Shown in pieces: positions 41,641 to 54,056 of a stretch of DNA of 64,000 bases (positions are counted from its first letter, which is position 1; every line of letters starts with the position of its first letter). Below the pieces are notes generated by a model. It was not told where the DNA came from. It made no database searches and worked only from the letters and a program-made list of their open reading frames with translations. The stretch is from an uncultured Actinomycetota bacterium. Lineage in GTDB: Bacteria > Actinomycetota > Actinomycetes > Mycobacteriales > Cryptosporangiaceae. Where the stretch lies: contig CAVVAL010000006.1 in NCBI GenBank assembly GCA_963746095.1, positions 45,158 to 109,157 of the forward strand, written 5' to 3'. Made by a program: the position numbers and the translations under genes.

Positions 41641-43212
41641 TTACCGGCGCCGCTTCGCGGTACCGAAAACGCTCCGCATGATTTCCCGCCCAGCGGCAGT
41701 GGCCGCCGACCGCAGGAAGCCCTTTACCGCGCTGGAACCGAGTACCTCGGCGACCATGCTCTTCTCTTCTTTCTGCCGCGGTGCGCGCTCCGGAGCGGGC
41801 GCCTTGCCGGCCGGCTGGGCCGGCGCGGTCCCGGCCGGTGCGGGCTGGGCCACCTTCGCGAGCAGCTTCTCGTACGCCGACTCGCGGTCGATCTCCGCGC
41901 CGTACTTCGGCAGCAGCGGCGACGCCTTGACGATGGCGTCAGCAGCGGCTTTGTCGAGCTGGGCCATCAGCGACTGCGGCGCCGGCAGCTTGGTCCACGC
42001 CACCGGGGTGGGCGCGCCCTTCTCCGACAGCACGGTCACGATCGCCTCACCGGTGCCCAGCTGGGTCAGCACCTCCTCCAGGTCGTAGCCGCTGTTCGGG
42101 AACGTGGAGACGGTCGCCTTGAGCGCCTTGGCGTCCTCCGGCGTATAGGCGCGCAGGGCGTGCTGCACCCGGTTGCCCAGCTGCGCCAGCACGTCCGACG
42201 GAACGTCCTTGGGGGTCTGGGTGACGAAGAACACACCGACGCCCTTGGAGCGGATCAGGCGGACGGTCTGGGTGATCGCCGACAGGAAGTCCTTGGAGGC
42301 GTCCCGGAACAGCAGGTGCGCCTCGTCCAGGAAGAACACCAGCTTGGGCTTGTCCACGTCGCCGACCTCGGGCAGGTCGTGGAACAGGTCGGCGAGGAAC
42401 CACATCAGGAAGGTGGAGAACAGCGCCGGCTTGGACTGCAGGTCCGGCAGCTCCAGGATGCTCACCACGCCGCGGCCGTCCGGCGTGAGGCGGAGGAAGT
42501 CCTGGGTCTCGAACTCGGGCTCGCCGAAGAAGTCCTCGGCACCGTCGTCGGCGAAGGCGATCAGCTCGCGCAGGATCACGCCGGCGGTCGCCTTGCTCAG
42601 CCCACCGAGGTCCTTCAGCGCTGCCTCGCCCTCGTCGGAGGTGAGGTGCTGGATGACGGCCCGCAGGTCCTTGAGGTCGAGCAGCGGCAGGCCGTTCTTG
42701 TCGGCGAAGTGGAAGACCAGGCCGAGTGAGGACTCCTGCACGTCGTTCAGACCGAGCACTTTGGACAGAAGGGTCGGCCCGAACGAGGTGATGGTGGCCC
42801 GGACCGGTACCCCGGTGCCGTGCCCGCCCAACGCGAAGAACTCGACCGGGTAACCCGTGGGCTGCCAGCTCTGGCCGATCTCGGCGGCGCGCGCCACCAG
42901 CTTGTCGTTCTGCGCGCCCGGGGCGCCCATGCCGGAGACGTCACCCTTGATGTCGGCGAGGAAGACCGGCACGCCGGCCGCGGACAGCTGCTCGGCCATG
43001 CCCTGCAGGGTCTTGGTCTTGCCGGTACCCGTGGCGCCGGCGACCAGACCGTGCCGATTGACCATCGACAACGGAATCCGCACTTTGGCCTCGGGATTGC
43101 CCTTCCCGTCCACGACCAGCGCGCCGAGTTCCAGCGCCGGGCCCTCGAACGCATACCCGGCCGCGACCTTGGCGACCAGATCGTTGCCCGCCGCACCCTG
43201 CTGCTCCGCCAT
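41641..43212 (-). CDS. DUF853 / HerA-like P-loop ATPase (YjgR family)
   Basis: Start MAEQQGAAGND (ATG 43212); Walker A GATGTGKTKTLQ, Walker B KPKLVFFLDEAHLLF; 523 aa. Confidence 0.75.
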   Translation of the reverse strand: MAEQQGAAGNDLVAKVAAGYAFEGPALELGALVVDGKGNPEAKVRIPLSMVNRHGLVAGATGTGKTKTLQGMAEQLSAAGVPVFLADIKGDVSGMGAPGAQNDKLVARAAEIGQSWQPTGYPVEFFALGGHGTGVPVRATITSFGPTLLSKVLGLNDVQESSLGLVFHFADKNGLPLLDLKDLRAVIQHLTSDEGEAALKDLGGLSKATAGVILRELIAFADDGAEDFFGEPEFETQDFLRLTPDGRGVVSILELPDLQSKPALFSTFLMWFLADLFHDLPEVGDVDKPKLVFFLDEAHLLFRDASKDFLSAITQTVRLIRSKGVGVFFVTQTPKDVPSDVLAQLGNRVQHALRAYTPEDAKALKATVSTFPNSGYDLEEVLTQLGTGEAIVTVLSEKGAPTPVAWTKLPAPQSLMAQLDKAAADAIVKASPLLPKYGAEIDRESAYEKLLAKVAQPAPAGTAPAQPAGKAPAPERAPRQKEEKSMVAEVLGSSAVKGFLRSAATAAGREIMRSVFGTAKRRR

Positions 43213-43595
43213 GACGACCCCCACCAGCCCGTTGACGCGCCGCGGTCCGGCCCGCGTCCACGGGCAGCTTAGTGTCTCGGGCGGTCCCATCGGCCGTCCG
43301 AAACGGGCAAGGTTCACGTCCCGTCAAGGCATCCCGCAACGGTTTGGCCGCTGTGTCGAGAACGACGAATCGGTGAGCGTACACCACTCGCGCAACCCAC
43401 CTTAGGGATTGCGCATTGCGGAAATTAATGTAGGGAAATATCGGACATTGATTCTCTAACTACGCCGATAAACAACGTAACGAATATCTCAAGCTTGTAA
43501 CGCGCGGCGGTTATGACCGATGATCCCGTCGGCACTGCGCGCACCGGGCGCGCACGCCGCCGGAGCACACGCCGAGTCCTACCCGCGCTCCGACG

Positions 43596-43770
43596 GTGAC
43601 CGACGAGTTTCACCACACGGGTAGGAGCGGGGGACCCAATGGTTCCTCGGAGACGGCGGCTGGCTCAGGCCGGTACGCATCTCCTCGGGGTGAAGTCGCG
43701 CGAGCGACCGGGCACCTACACCTTCCCGCCCGAACCCGACAGCTGACCTCGTAGGCGTGCAGGAAGGACC
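43596..43770 (+). ncRNA. Candidate ydaO-type (c-di-AMP) riboswitch in the NlpC/P60 leader
   Basis: Leader contains GAGCGGGGGACCCAAUGG, CUCGGGGUGAAGUC and CCCGAACCCGACAGCUGACCUCGUAGGCG, which I recall as ydaO core elements. An AT-rich promoter island lies upstream (43410-43500). The riboswitch is known to front cell-wall hydrolase genes in actinobacteria. Confidence 0.5.
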
Positions 43771-44536
43771 GCTTGTGCATTCGGTGTTATCTCACCGTCG
43801 CCCGCCAGCAAAAACTCGCAAGATCGGCATCATCGTCTCGATGCTCGCCGGACTCCTCGTCATCGGTGCGATCGGCGCCCCGTTGGCTCTCGCGCAGGCC
43901 GGATCGTGGGTCGTCGTAGGACCCAACCGGACCATCTACCAGGGCCAGGCCGCTGGCCTCAACGCCGCCTCCGGCGGCGGCGCGCTCCGCACCCAGGGCA
44001 TGACCATCGCCCTGCACCAGCAGACCGCCAAGGGCTGGCAGGCCGTCGGTACCCGCAAGGTCGACGCCAAGGGCCACGCCAGCTTCACCGTCCGCCCGAA
44101 GGCCACCACCGTCTTCCGGGTCGCCCTGATCGGCAACCTGAAGCTGGGCACGAGCTACTCGAAGCCGGTCAAGATCTCGGTTTCGGCGGCCGGCGTGGCT
44201 GTCGTCGCCGAGGCGGCCAAGCACCGCGGCAAGCCGTACCGCTACGGCGCGGCCGGTCCGAGCTCGTTCGACTGCTCGGGCTTCACCCAGTTCGTCTACA
44301 AGCGCTTCAACAAGTCGCTGCCGCACAGCGCGACCCAGCAGGGCAAGTACGGGGTCTACGTGGCCAAGGCCACGGCTCGACCCGGTGACTTGATGCTGTT
44401 CGGCTCGCCGGGCCGCTACACCCACGCGGCGATCTTCGCGGGTAACGGTCAGATGTGGGACGCCTCGACCTCCGGGCAGCCGGTGGCTCTGCGCAAGATC
44501 TGGAGCCAGAACTACGCGGTTCGTCGCCTCGTCTGA
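43757..44536 (+). CDS. NlpC/P60-family peptidoglycan endopeptidase, secreted
   Basis: Signal/TM segment IGIIVSMLAGLLVIGAIGAPLALAQA; catalytic block YGAAGPSSFDCSGFTQFVYKRF...YTHAAIFAG. A GTG at 43775 with RBS GGAAGGA is the more likely start. Confidence 0.85.
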   Translation: MQEGPLVHSVLSHRRPPAKTRKIGIIVSMLAGLLVIGAIGAPLALAQAGSWVVVGPNRTIYQGQAAGLNAASGGGALRTQGMTIALHQQTAKGWQAVGTRKVDAKGHASFTVRPKATTVFRVALIGNLKLGTSYSKPVKISVSAAGVAVVAEAAKHRGKPYRYGAAGPSSFDCSGFTQFVYKRFNKSLPHSATQQGKYGVYVAKATARPGDLMLFGSPGRYTHAAIFAGNGQMWDASTSGQPVALRKIWSQNYAVRRLV

Positions 44537-44561
44537 GGAACTGCACGTCCGTTTTTGCACA

Positions 44562-44610
44562 CGAATGCCGCGTATCGGTCATCCGATACGCGGCATTCGT
44601 GGTTTGTTGG
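44562..44610 (+). terminator. Intrinsic terminator (17-bp perfect stem, 4-nt loop, GUUUGUU tail)
   Basis: CGAATGCCGCGTATCGG-tcat-CCGATACGCGGCATTCG then tggtttgttgg, 26 bp after the NlpC/P60 stop. Confidence 0.8.
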
Positions 44611-44701
44611 GTAACAGTGGAAACTCTGGCGCGGAGACGGCACGATGTCGGTGAACAGAGTTGGTGGCCGGAGGGCATAACCTGGTGACTGAATCCAGGC
44701 C

Positions 44702-46138
44702 GTGAAGCCGCTCACGGGAGGGCTAGTTGTGACGCAGGTGGGTGCGCCTGTGCAGGGCGAGGTACTCGCCAGCCGGTATCGGCTGGACGAGTTGCTCCTG
44801 ACCGATCCGTCTATCGGTCATGCCCTGTGGCGGGGAACTGACGGCCTGCTCAACCGACCCGTGGCGATCGAACTCAGGGTTCCAGGCGGCGCGGTGGCTG
44901 AGCAGATGATCAGCGCTGCCGTGACGGCCGGGCGGATCGTCCACCCGAACGTGGTCGGCGTATACGACGCGGTCGACGAGGGTGAACGGGCGTTCGTGGT
45001 CCGGGAGTGGGTCGAGGGCATCCCGCTGCGCGACGCGGTCAGGGACAGCCCGCTGTCACCCAGCCGCGCCGCCGGCCTGGCTCGCATCGCCGCCGAGGCG
45101 CTGGCCGCGATCCACGCCTCCGGCCACGTGCACGGCAACCTCCAGCCCAGCACCGTGCTGCTCGGCGCCGACGACGAGGTCACCCTCACCAATCTCCGGC
45201 TCGACCCGGCGTCCTCCCCGCAGAACGACGTGCGGGCGATCGGCGGGCTGCTCTACGCCGCCCTGACCGGGCACTGGCCGCACGGGCTCTCCGCGTACGA
45301 CAGCGGGATGCCCGACGCCGTGCACGTCGACGGCCGGATCCTCTCGCCGCGGCAGGTCCGCGCCGGCATCCCCGGCTACCTCGACGCGCTCACGATGGAT
45401 CTGCTCGACCCGTCGGTGCCGGCGCCTCCGGCCACCGAACTGGCCTCTGAGCTGCGGCGATACGACATCGCCGACCCTGCGCTGAGCCCGCTCACCGCGA
45501 TCACGCCCGAGCCGGCGACCAAGCGGCCGCCGTGGAAGCGGCTGTCGGTCGCCGCGGGCGGCTTGGCCGTGGTCATCATCGCCGGCCTGCTGATCGCCGC
45601 CGCCGGCTTCGGCGGTTCCGGTTCGAAGGACTTCAACAACAGCGACGACCCGACCAAGGGCAGCAACCCGTCCTCGGCCGCACCGGCCCCGATCGCGATC
45701 GCGCCGAACGCCGCCTCGATCCTCGACCCGGTGAACGCCGCCAACGACCCGGAGATGCGCGGGGCGGAGAAGGCGATCGACGGCAAGCTGGACACCGAAT
45801 GGAAGACGGCGACCTACAAGAACAACCCGATCTTCGGTCGCCTCAAGGACGGCATGGGCGTTCTCATCGATCTCGGGGAGTCCAAGCAGGTCAAGCAGGT
45901 CACCGTGGTGTTCAACCGGCCTGGTGCCGCCGCCAGCGTCTACGCGGGCGACACCCAGGGCAGCGACATCTCCGCCTTCACCGAGGTGAGCCCGTCCCAG
46001 ACCGCGACGCAGAACACGGTCACTTTTCCCGTCGCCGGTTCGACCAAGCACCGGTATGTCGTCCTCTGGATCACGTCGCTCCCGCCGTTCAGCTTCGGCT
46101 ACGGCGTCGGGGTCAGCGAAATCAAGGTCACGGGCTGA
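44702..46138 (+). CDS. Membrane pseudokinase with extracellular discoidin (F5/8 type C)-like domain (the MviN/MurJ-associated pseudokinase module as a separate gene)
   Basis: Kinase-like fold with the catalytic loop degenerated (HVHGNLQPSTVLLG instead of HRDLKPxN); a single TM (LAVVIIAGLLIAAAGFGG); C-terminal jelly-roll region (KAIDGKLDTEWKTATYKNNP...YVVLWITSLPP). Confidence 0.6.
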   Translation: MKPLTGGLVVTQVGAPVQGEVLASRYRLDELLLTDPSIGHALWRGTDGLLNRPVAIELRVPGGAVAEQMISAAVTAGRIVHPNVVGVYDAVDEGERAFVVREWVEGIPLRDAVRDSPLSPSRAAGLARIAAEALAAIHASGHVHGNLQPSTVLLGADDEVTLTNLRLDPASSPQNDVRAIGGLLYAALTGHWPHGLSAYDSGMPDAVHVDGRILSPRQVRAGIPGYLDALTMDLLDPSVPAPPATELASELRRYDIADPALSPLTAITPEPATKRPPWKRLSVAAGGLAVVIIAGLLIAAAGFGGSGSKDFNNSDDPTKGSNPSSAAPAPIAIAPNAASILDPVNAANDPEMRGAEKAIDGKLDTEWKTATYKNNPIFGRLKDGMGVLIDLGESKQVKQVTVVFNRPGAAASVYAGDTQGSDISAFTEVSPSQTATQNTVTFPVAGSTKHRYVVLWITSLPPFSFGYGVGVSEIKVTG

Positions 46139-46181
46139 GCACCTGAGCGCTCGGGACTGACACGGTCGATAGGGTGCAGCT

Positions 46182-46900
46182 GTGCCGTTCGACGTGCCGA
46201 AGCACGGTCCCCGAAACGCCGCCGAAGGCGGTGTCTCCGCGCTGCCCGTTCGCAGCCGGGAACGGGACCCGGGCCTCGACGACGAAGCCACGCCTGACCG
46301 TGAGCTGCTGGCCGCGCACGCCGCCGGCGACCCGGACGCCTTCGCCGAACTGGTCCGCCGGCACCGCGACCGGCTCTGGGCCGTGGCCCTGCGCACGCTC
46401 GGCGACCGCGAGGAGGCCGCCGACGCGCTCCAGGACGCGCTGCTCTCGGCGTACCGGGCGGCGGCCGGCTTCCGCGGCGACTCGGCGGTCACCACCTGGC
46501 TGCACCGGATCGTGGTGAACGCCTGCCTGGACCGGATCCGCCGCCGGCAGGCCCGCCCCACCGTGCCGCTGCCCGAGGCCGGCCCCGGCGAGCCGGTCCA
46601 GCCGGGCGACCAGATCGCCGACAAGGACACCGCGGTCGTCGTGCACCACGCGCTCGCCGAGCTTCCCGCCGATCAGCGCGCCGCGCTGGTGCTGGTCGAC
46701 CTGCAGGGCCACTCGGTGGCCGAGACCGCCGGCATCCTCGGGGTGGCCGAGGGCACGGTGAAGAGCCGCTGCGCGCGTGGCCGCGCCCGGCTGGCTGTGC
46801 TGCTCGGCCACCTGCGGAACCCGGACGCCGGCCCGGACGTCCAACCAGAGCGGGCGCGACCGGACGTCCAGCCGGAGCGGACGCCAGGGGAGGGGACATC

Positions 46901-46904
<4 letters not shown>
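46182..46904 (+). CDS. ECF sigma-70 factor (SigM-like position)
   Basis: Region 2 (DALQDALLSAYRAAAGFRGDSAVTTWLHRIVVNACLDRIRRR) and region 4 (LPADQRAALVLVDLQGHSVAETAGILGVAEGTVKSRCARGRARL). Confidence 0.8.
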
Positions 46905-48975
<2,071 letters not shown>

Positions 48976-49021
48976 TCCCCGTACCCACCGCACCCGCGTA
49001 ACCCCGAATGAGGAGATCCCT

Positions 49022-49352
49022 GTGGGAGCCAACACCAAGAACGTGACCGACGCGAGCTGGACGGCTGACGTCCTGCAGGCCGACGGGCCAGTCCTCGTCG
49101 ACTTCTGGGCCGAATGGTGCGGCCCGTGCCGCAAGGTCGCGCCGGTTCTCGACGAGATCGCCAGCTCCGAGCTCGGCACCAAGGTGCAGATCGTGAAGCT
49201 GAACATCGACGAGAACCCCAACACTGCGCGTGACTACGGCATCATGTCGATTCCGACGCTCACCGTCTTCAAGGGTGGCGAACCGGTGCAATCCGTGCTC
49301 GGCGTCCAGCCCAAGGGCACGATCGTCAAGATGATCGAGAACGCACTGTAAT
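49022..49352 (+). CDS. trxA: Thioredoxin
   Basis: VLVDFWAEWCGPCRKVAPVLDEIA (WCGPC active site); GTG start after a TGAGGAG RBS. Confidence 0.9.
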
Positions 49353-49557
49353 CGCCTGACCCCGCAGCGGGTTGGTAAGGCCCGCGATTTGGCGGGAGTA
49401 CGCTGATATGCAATCGTGGCCGGCCGGGTCCCTCGTGGACCCGGCCGGAATGTGTTGCGGGTACGTAGAAACTGTTGTGGGCAAAGAGATTTCCAGTTCG
49501 CTGGGGCCGGGTACCGAACTTCGCCCCGGCCGGGTATCGAGAGGAGCGACCAGGCGC

Positions 49558-50719
49558 GTGCAGCTCATCAGGCTTGGAGACACTGGTCCAGCCGCCGCGG
49601 AGATCCGCGCATCCCTGGTCATGCTGGGGCTACTCAGCGAAGGGCGGCACGCCGCTCCCGAGAACCCGGACAACGTGCTCTTCGACGCCGCCGTGGAACT
49701 CGCGCTCCGTGAGTTCCAGCAGTCGCGTGGCCTCACGCGCCGACGGCATCGTCGGCCCGGAGACCTGGCGAGCGCTGGTCGCGTCCCGCTGGCGGCTCGG
49801 CGACCGGGTGCTGCGGCGCTCGGTCAACGACCCGATGGTCGGCGACGACGTGCACACCCTGCAGGAGCGCCTGCTGGAGATGGGCTACGACGTCGGCCGG
49901 GCGGACGGCATCTTCGGTGCCCGCACCGAGCGTGCCCTGCGGTCGTTCCAGCGTGAGTGCGGCCTGATCGCCGACGGCGGCTTCGGCCCGAGCACCATGC
50001 GCGCGCTGCGCCAGCTCGGCCGCAAGGTCGTCGGCGGCCGGCCGCAGATGCTCCGCGAGTCGGCGATGATCTACCACGCCGGCCCGCACCTGATCGGCAA
50101 GCGGATCGTGATCGACCCGGGCCACGGCAGCACCGACGCCGGCTGGGTCGTGCAGGACGGCGACACCACCTGGACCGAGGCGCAGCTCACGTTCGACCTG
50201 GCGTCCCGCCTCGAGGGCCGGTTCGCGTCGATCGGCGTCCGGGCCGACCTGACCCGAGGCCCCGACACCGACGCCACCAACGCCGAGCGGGCGGAGTTCG
50301 CCAACGCGCTCGGCGCCGACGTGATGATCAGCATCCACCTGGACGGTCACCACAACCCCGACGCCCAGGGCCTGGCCAGCTACCACTTCGGCACCGGCTC
50401 GGGCACCACCTCCACCGTCGGTGAGCGGCTCGCGGCGCTGGCCCAGCGGGAGATCGTGGCCCGCACCGGCCTGACCGACTGCCACATCCACGCCAAGACC
50501 TGGGAGCTGCTCCGGCTCACCCGGATGCCGGTCGTGCAGATCGAGGTCGGCTACCTCACCTCGCCGACCGACCGGGCGTCGATCATCGATCCTTCGTTCC
50601 GGGACACCGTCGCCGAGGCGATCCTGATCGCCGTGCAGCGGGTGTTCCTGCCGGTGGACGCGGACGTGAAGACCGGCACGCTGGACGTGACCGCGCTCCG
50701 AGCGATGCAGCTGAGCTAG
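49558..50719 (+). CDS. cwlM: CwlM-like N-acetylmuramoyl-L-alanine amidase with two peptidoglycan-binding domains; frameshift near 49740
   Basis: Two PG-binding repeats (VHTLQERLLEMGYDVGRADGIFGARTERALRSFQRECGLIADGGFGPST). Amidase_3 domain (IVIDPGHGSTDAG...ADVMISIHLDGHHNPDAQGLASYHFG...). Confidence 0.8.
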
Positions 50720-50731
50720 GACGCAACCCTG

Positions 50732-50783
50732 CGATTTGGGCGACATCTTCTCGGCTATCCGCGAGAAGATGTCGCCCAGATCC
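50732..50783. repeat. Palindromic intergenic element copy 5
   Basis: gATTTGGGCGACATCTTCTCGG-ctatccg-CGAGAAGATGTCGCCCAGATcc, between convergent cwlM (+) and the 50817..51454 gene (-). Confidence 0.9.
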
Positions 50784-50816
50784 GCTTCAGGGGCGGGGCC
50801 GAAGGGCCGCCGCAGG

Positions 50817-51454
50817 TCAGACCTCGGAGGACGAGCGGGTGGCCCCGCCGAGCACGATCGGCGGGCTCATCGAGCCGAGCAGCTTCTCCAACGCGTACTC
50901 CACGTCGGACTTCCAGGACAGCGCGGTGCGCAGCTCCAGCCGCAGCCGCGGGTACCGGTGGTGCGGGCGGACCGTCTTGAAGCCCACCGAGAGCAGGTAG
51001 TCGGCCGGCACCATGCAGTTCCTGGTCTCCCACTGCAGGTCGGCGAAGGCCTCGATGGCCTTGATGCCCCGCTTGGTGAGGTCCTTCGCGACGCCCTGGA
51101 CCAGCATCCGGCCGAGCCCGCCACCGGCGAACTCCGGCACGATGTGCGCGGTCATCAGCAGCGCCGCGTCCGCGCTCACCGGGCTGGTCGGGAAGGCCAC
51201 CGACCGCGGCACGTACGCCGGCGGGGCGAAGAGCACGTAGCCGGCGGGCACCCCGTCGACGTAGACGAGCTTGCCGCAGGAGCCCCACTCCAGCAGCGTC
51301 GCGGAGAGCCAGGCCTCCTTCTCCAGGTCGGGGCAGCCGGCCTCAGCGCCCGCTCCCGGGCCACCGGATCGAGCTCCCAGAAGATGCACTTGCGGCATCG
51401 GCTGGGCAGGTCTTCCAGAGTGTCGAGGGTCAGATTGACCAAACGCCGGGACAT
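50817..51454 (-). CDS. GNAT-like acetyltransferase-fold protein (Rv3916c position); frameshift near 51350
   Basis: N-terminus MSRRLVNLTLDTLEDLPSRCRKCIFWELDPV is in ORF 51176..51454. The body carries HIVPEFAGGGLGRMLVQGVAKDLTKRGIKAIEAF (acetyl-CoA binding loop). Confidence 0.5.
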
Positions 51455-51654
51455 TACGGGCGCACCTCACAGCGGGTGAGGACGGGAGCGACGAATCGCG
51501 GCACCGGGCGACTCCCCATCGGCGCGTACATGTCGGCAGGCGAACCTTCTCATGGTATGGCCAACATCGCCGACACGGAAGAGGGCGTGCCGAGCTCGGT
51601 ATGCTCGGCGACGCTCGATGCCGTCATGCCGTCTGCGGCGACGGAGGTGGCTGC

Positions 51655-52959
51655 ATGAGCGGCACGACCCTGGACGACTACACCGATCGGTACGCGCAGC
51701 GTGTGCGTGGCATGGCGGTCTCCGAGATCCGCGCACTGTTCGCCGTGGCAAGCCGGCCGGAGGTCGTCTCGCTCGCCGGGGGCATGCCGTTCGTCTCGGC
51801 GCTGCCGCTGGACGAGATCGCGGAGCTCACCGCCAAGGCGATCCGCGAGAAGGGTGCCGTCGCGCTCCAGTACGGCTCCGGCCAGGGTGAGCCCCGGCTG
51901 CGCGAGCTGATCTGCGAGGTGATGGCGCTCGAGGGCGTGGACGCCTCCGCCGACGACATCGTGGTGACGGTCGGCTCGCAGCAGGGGCTGGACCTGATCG
52001 CCCGGATCTTCCTCGACCCCGGCGACGTCGTGCTGGCCGAGGCCCCGTCGTACGTGGGCGCGCTCGGCACGTTCGCCGCCGCCGAGGCCGACGTGGTGCA
52101 CGTGGCCATGGACGCCGACGGGCTCCAGCCCGAGGCGCTGCGCGAGGCCCTGGTGCGGCTCAAGGCCGAGGGTCGCCGGGTCAAGTTCCTCTACACGGTG
52201 CCGAACTTCCACAATCCCGCCGGCGTCACGCTCAGCGAGTCACGCCGGGACGAGGTGATCGCCCTCGCCGAGGAGCACGACCTCCTGGTCATCGAGGACA
52301 ACCCGTACGGCCTGCTCGGCTTCGAGGACGCGCCGGGCCGGGCGCTGCGGGCGCGGTCGCACGATCGGGTCATCTACCTCGGCTCGTTCTCCAAGACGTT
52401 CGCCGCCGGGCTCCGGACCGGCTGGGTGCTCGCGCCGCACGCGGTGCGCGAGAAGCTCGTGCTGATGAACGAGGCGCAGCTGCTCAGCCCGTCGCTCTTC
52501 ACCCAGACGGTGGTCACCGAGTACCTGGAGCACCACCCGTGGCGCGAGCAGGTGAAGGTGTTCCGCGAGCTCTACCGGGAGCGCCGCGACGCCACGCTGG
52601 ACGCGCTGACCACGATGATGCCGGCGGGCGTCACCTGGACCCACCCGCGCGGCGGGTTCTACGTCTGGATGACGCTGCCCGAGGGCATGGACAGCAAGGC
52701 GATGATCCCGCGGGCGCTGACCCACAAGGTGGCGTACGTGCCGGGCGTCGGCTTCTACTCCGACGGCAGCGGCCAGCGCGAGCTGCGGCTCTCGTACTGC
52801 TACCCGGAGCCGGACCGGATCCGCGAGGGCATCCGCCGGCTCGCCGCCGTGCTGAGCGAGGAGACCGAGCTGCGCCAGGTCTTCGGCACCCGAGGATCCA
52901 CTGTGGATCCGCGCCGGCGCGGGCTGGAGACGCCGGGTCCCGAGCTCCAGGTGAGCTGA
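51655..52959 (+). CDS. PLP-dependent aminotransferase, class I/II fold
   Basis: 434 aa; SFSKTFAAGLRTGWVLAP (the PLP lysine in SFSK); FLYTVPNFHNPAGVTL. Confidence 0.75.
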   Translation: MSGTTLDDYTDRYAQRVRGMAVSEIRALFAVASRPEVVSLAGGMPFVSALPLDEIAELTAKAIREKGAVALQYGSGQGEPRLRELICEVMALEGVDASADDIVVTVGSQQGLDLIARIFLDPGDVVLAEAPSYVGALGTFAAAEADVVHVAMDADGLQPEALREALVRLKAEGRRVKFLYTVPNFHNPAGVTLSESRRDEVIALAEEHDLLVIEDNPYGLLGFEDAPGRALRARSHDRVIYLGSFSKTFAAGLRTGWVLAPHAVREKLVLMNEAQLLSPSLFTQTVVTEYLEHHPWREQVKVFRELYRERRDATLDALTTMMPAGVTWTHPRGGFYVWMTLPEGMDSKAMIPRALTHKVAYVPGVGFYSDGSGQRELRLSYCYPEPDRIREGIRRLAAVLSEETELRQVFGTRGSTVDPRRRGLETPGPELQVS

Positions 52960-53077
52960 CGGATACTGAGATGACGCGGCCGGGGCACCTCGGCCGCCCG
53001 CAAGGGGAGCGAGAGCGGCGCGGTGGAAAGATCTTTGTGCGGTACGCACGGCTGCTGGCGGACATCGGCGGGCCGGC

Positions 53078-54056
53078 GTGAGTAAGCGGGTGCTGGTTCT
53101 GGCCGGCGGGCTCTCCTACGAGCGCGACGTCTCGCTCCGTTCCGGCCGCCGGGTCGTGGAGGCGCTGCGCCGCGCCGGCGTGGAGGCCACCGTCCGCGAT
53201 GCCGACTCCGGCCTGCTCGCCGCGCTGGACGCCGAGCGGCCGGACGCCGTGGTCATCGCGCTGCACGGTGCGATCGGCGAGGATGGCGCGCTCCGCGGCG
53301 TGCTGGACCTGGTCGGCGTGCCGTACGTCGGCCCCAGCGCGCAGGCGAGCCGGGTCGCGTGGGACAAGCCGTCCGCCAAGGCCGAGCTCCGCGAGGCCGG
53401 CATCCCCACGCCCGACTGGGTGGCGCTGCCGCACGAGACCTTCCGCGAGCTCGGCGCGCAGTCGGTGCTCGACCGGATCATCGACCGGCTCGGCCTGCCG
53501 CTGATGGTCAAGCCGGCGCAGGGCGGTTCCGGGCTGGGCGCGCACGCGGTGCACCTCGCCGAGGATCTGCCGGCCGCGATGGTGGGCTGCTTCGGATACG
53601 GCGACACGGCGCTGATCGAGCGATTCGTGGACGGCACCGACGTCGCGGTCACGGTCGTCGACTCGGGCAACGGACCGGTGGCGCTGCCGGCCGTGGAGAT
53701 CGTGCCGGCCGACGGCGTCTACGACTATGCCGCGCGCTACACCGCCGGCACGACGACCTGGCACGCGCCGGCCCGGCTGGCGCCCGCGATCGCGCCAGAA
53801 GGTGGCGTCGATCGCGGTCGCCGCGCACCGGGCGTTGGCGCTCGGCGATCTGTCCCGGGTCGACCTGCTCGTGTCGCGGGACGGCGGGGTGCACGTCCTC
53901 GAGGTGAACGTCTCGCCCGGCCTGACCGAGACCAGTCTGCTGCCGATGGCGGTGCAGGCCGCCGGACTCGATCTCGGGGTGCTGCTGCGCGATCTGGTCG
54001 ACCTCGCGATCGCGCGATCGGCGTCAACTCCCCGAACCGCCGCTCACTCGAACTGA
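53078..54056 (+). CDS. ddl: D-alanine--D-alanine ligase; frameshift near 53790
   Basis: MSKRVLVLAGGLSYERDVSLRSGRRVVEAL...IALHGAIGEDGALRGVLDLVGVPYVGPS...MVKPAQGGSGLG (ATP-grasp). C-terminus in ORF 53727..54056 (...LSRVDLLVSRDGGVHVLEVNVSPGLTETSLLPMA). Confidence 0.8.

Noticed and set aside
43425-43616. 63-aa minus-strand ORF in the AT-rich island
   Set aside because: It overlaps the predicted promoter/riboswitch leader of the NlpC/P60 gene, has no RBS, and its codon usage is atypical for this genome.
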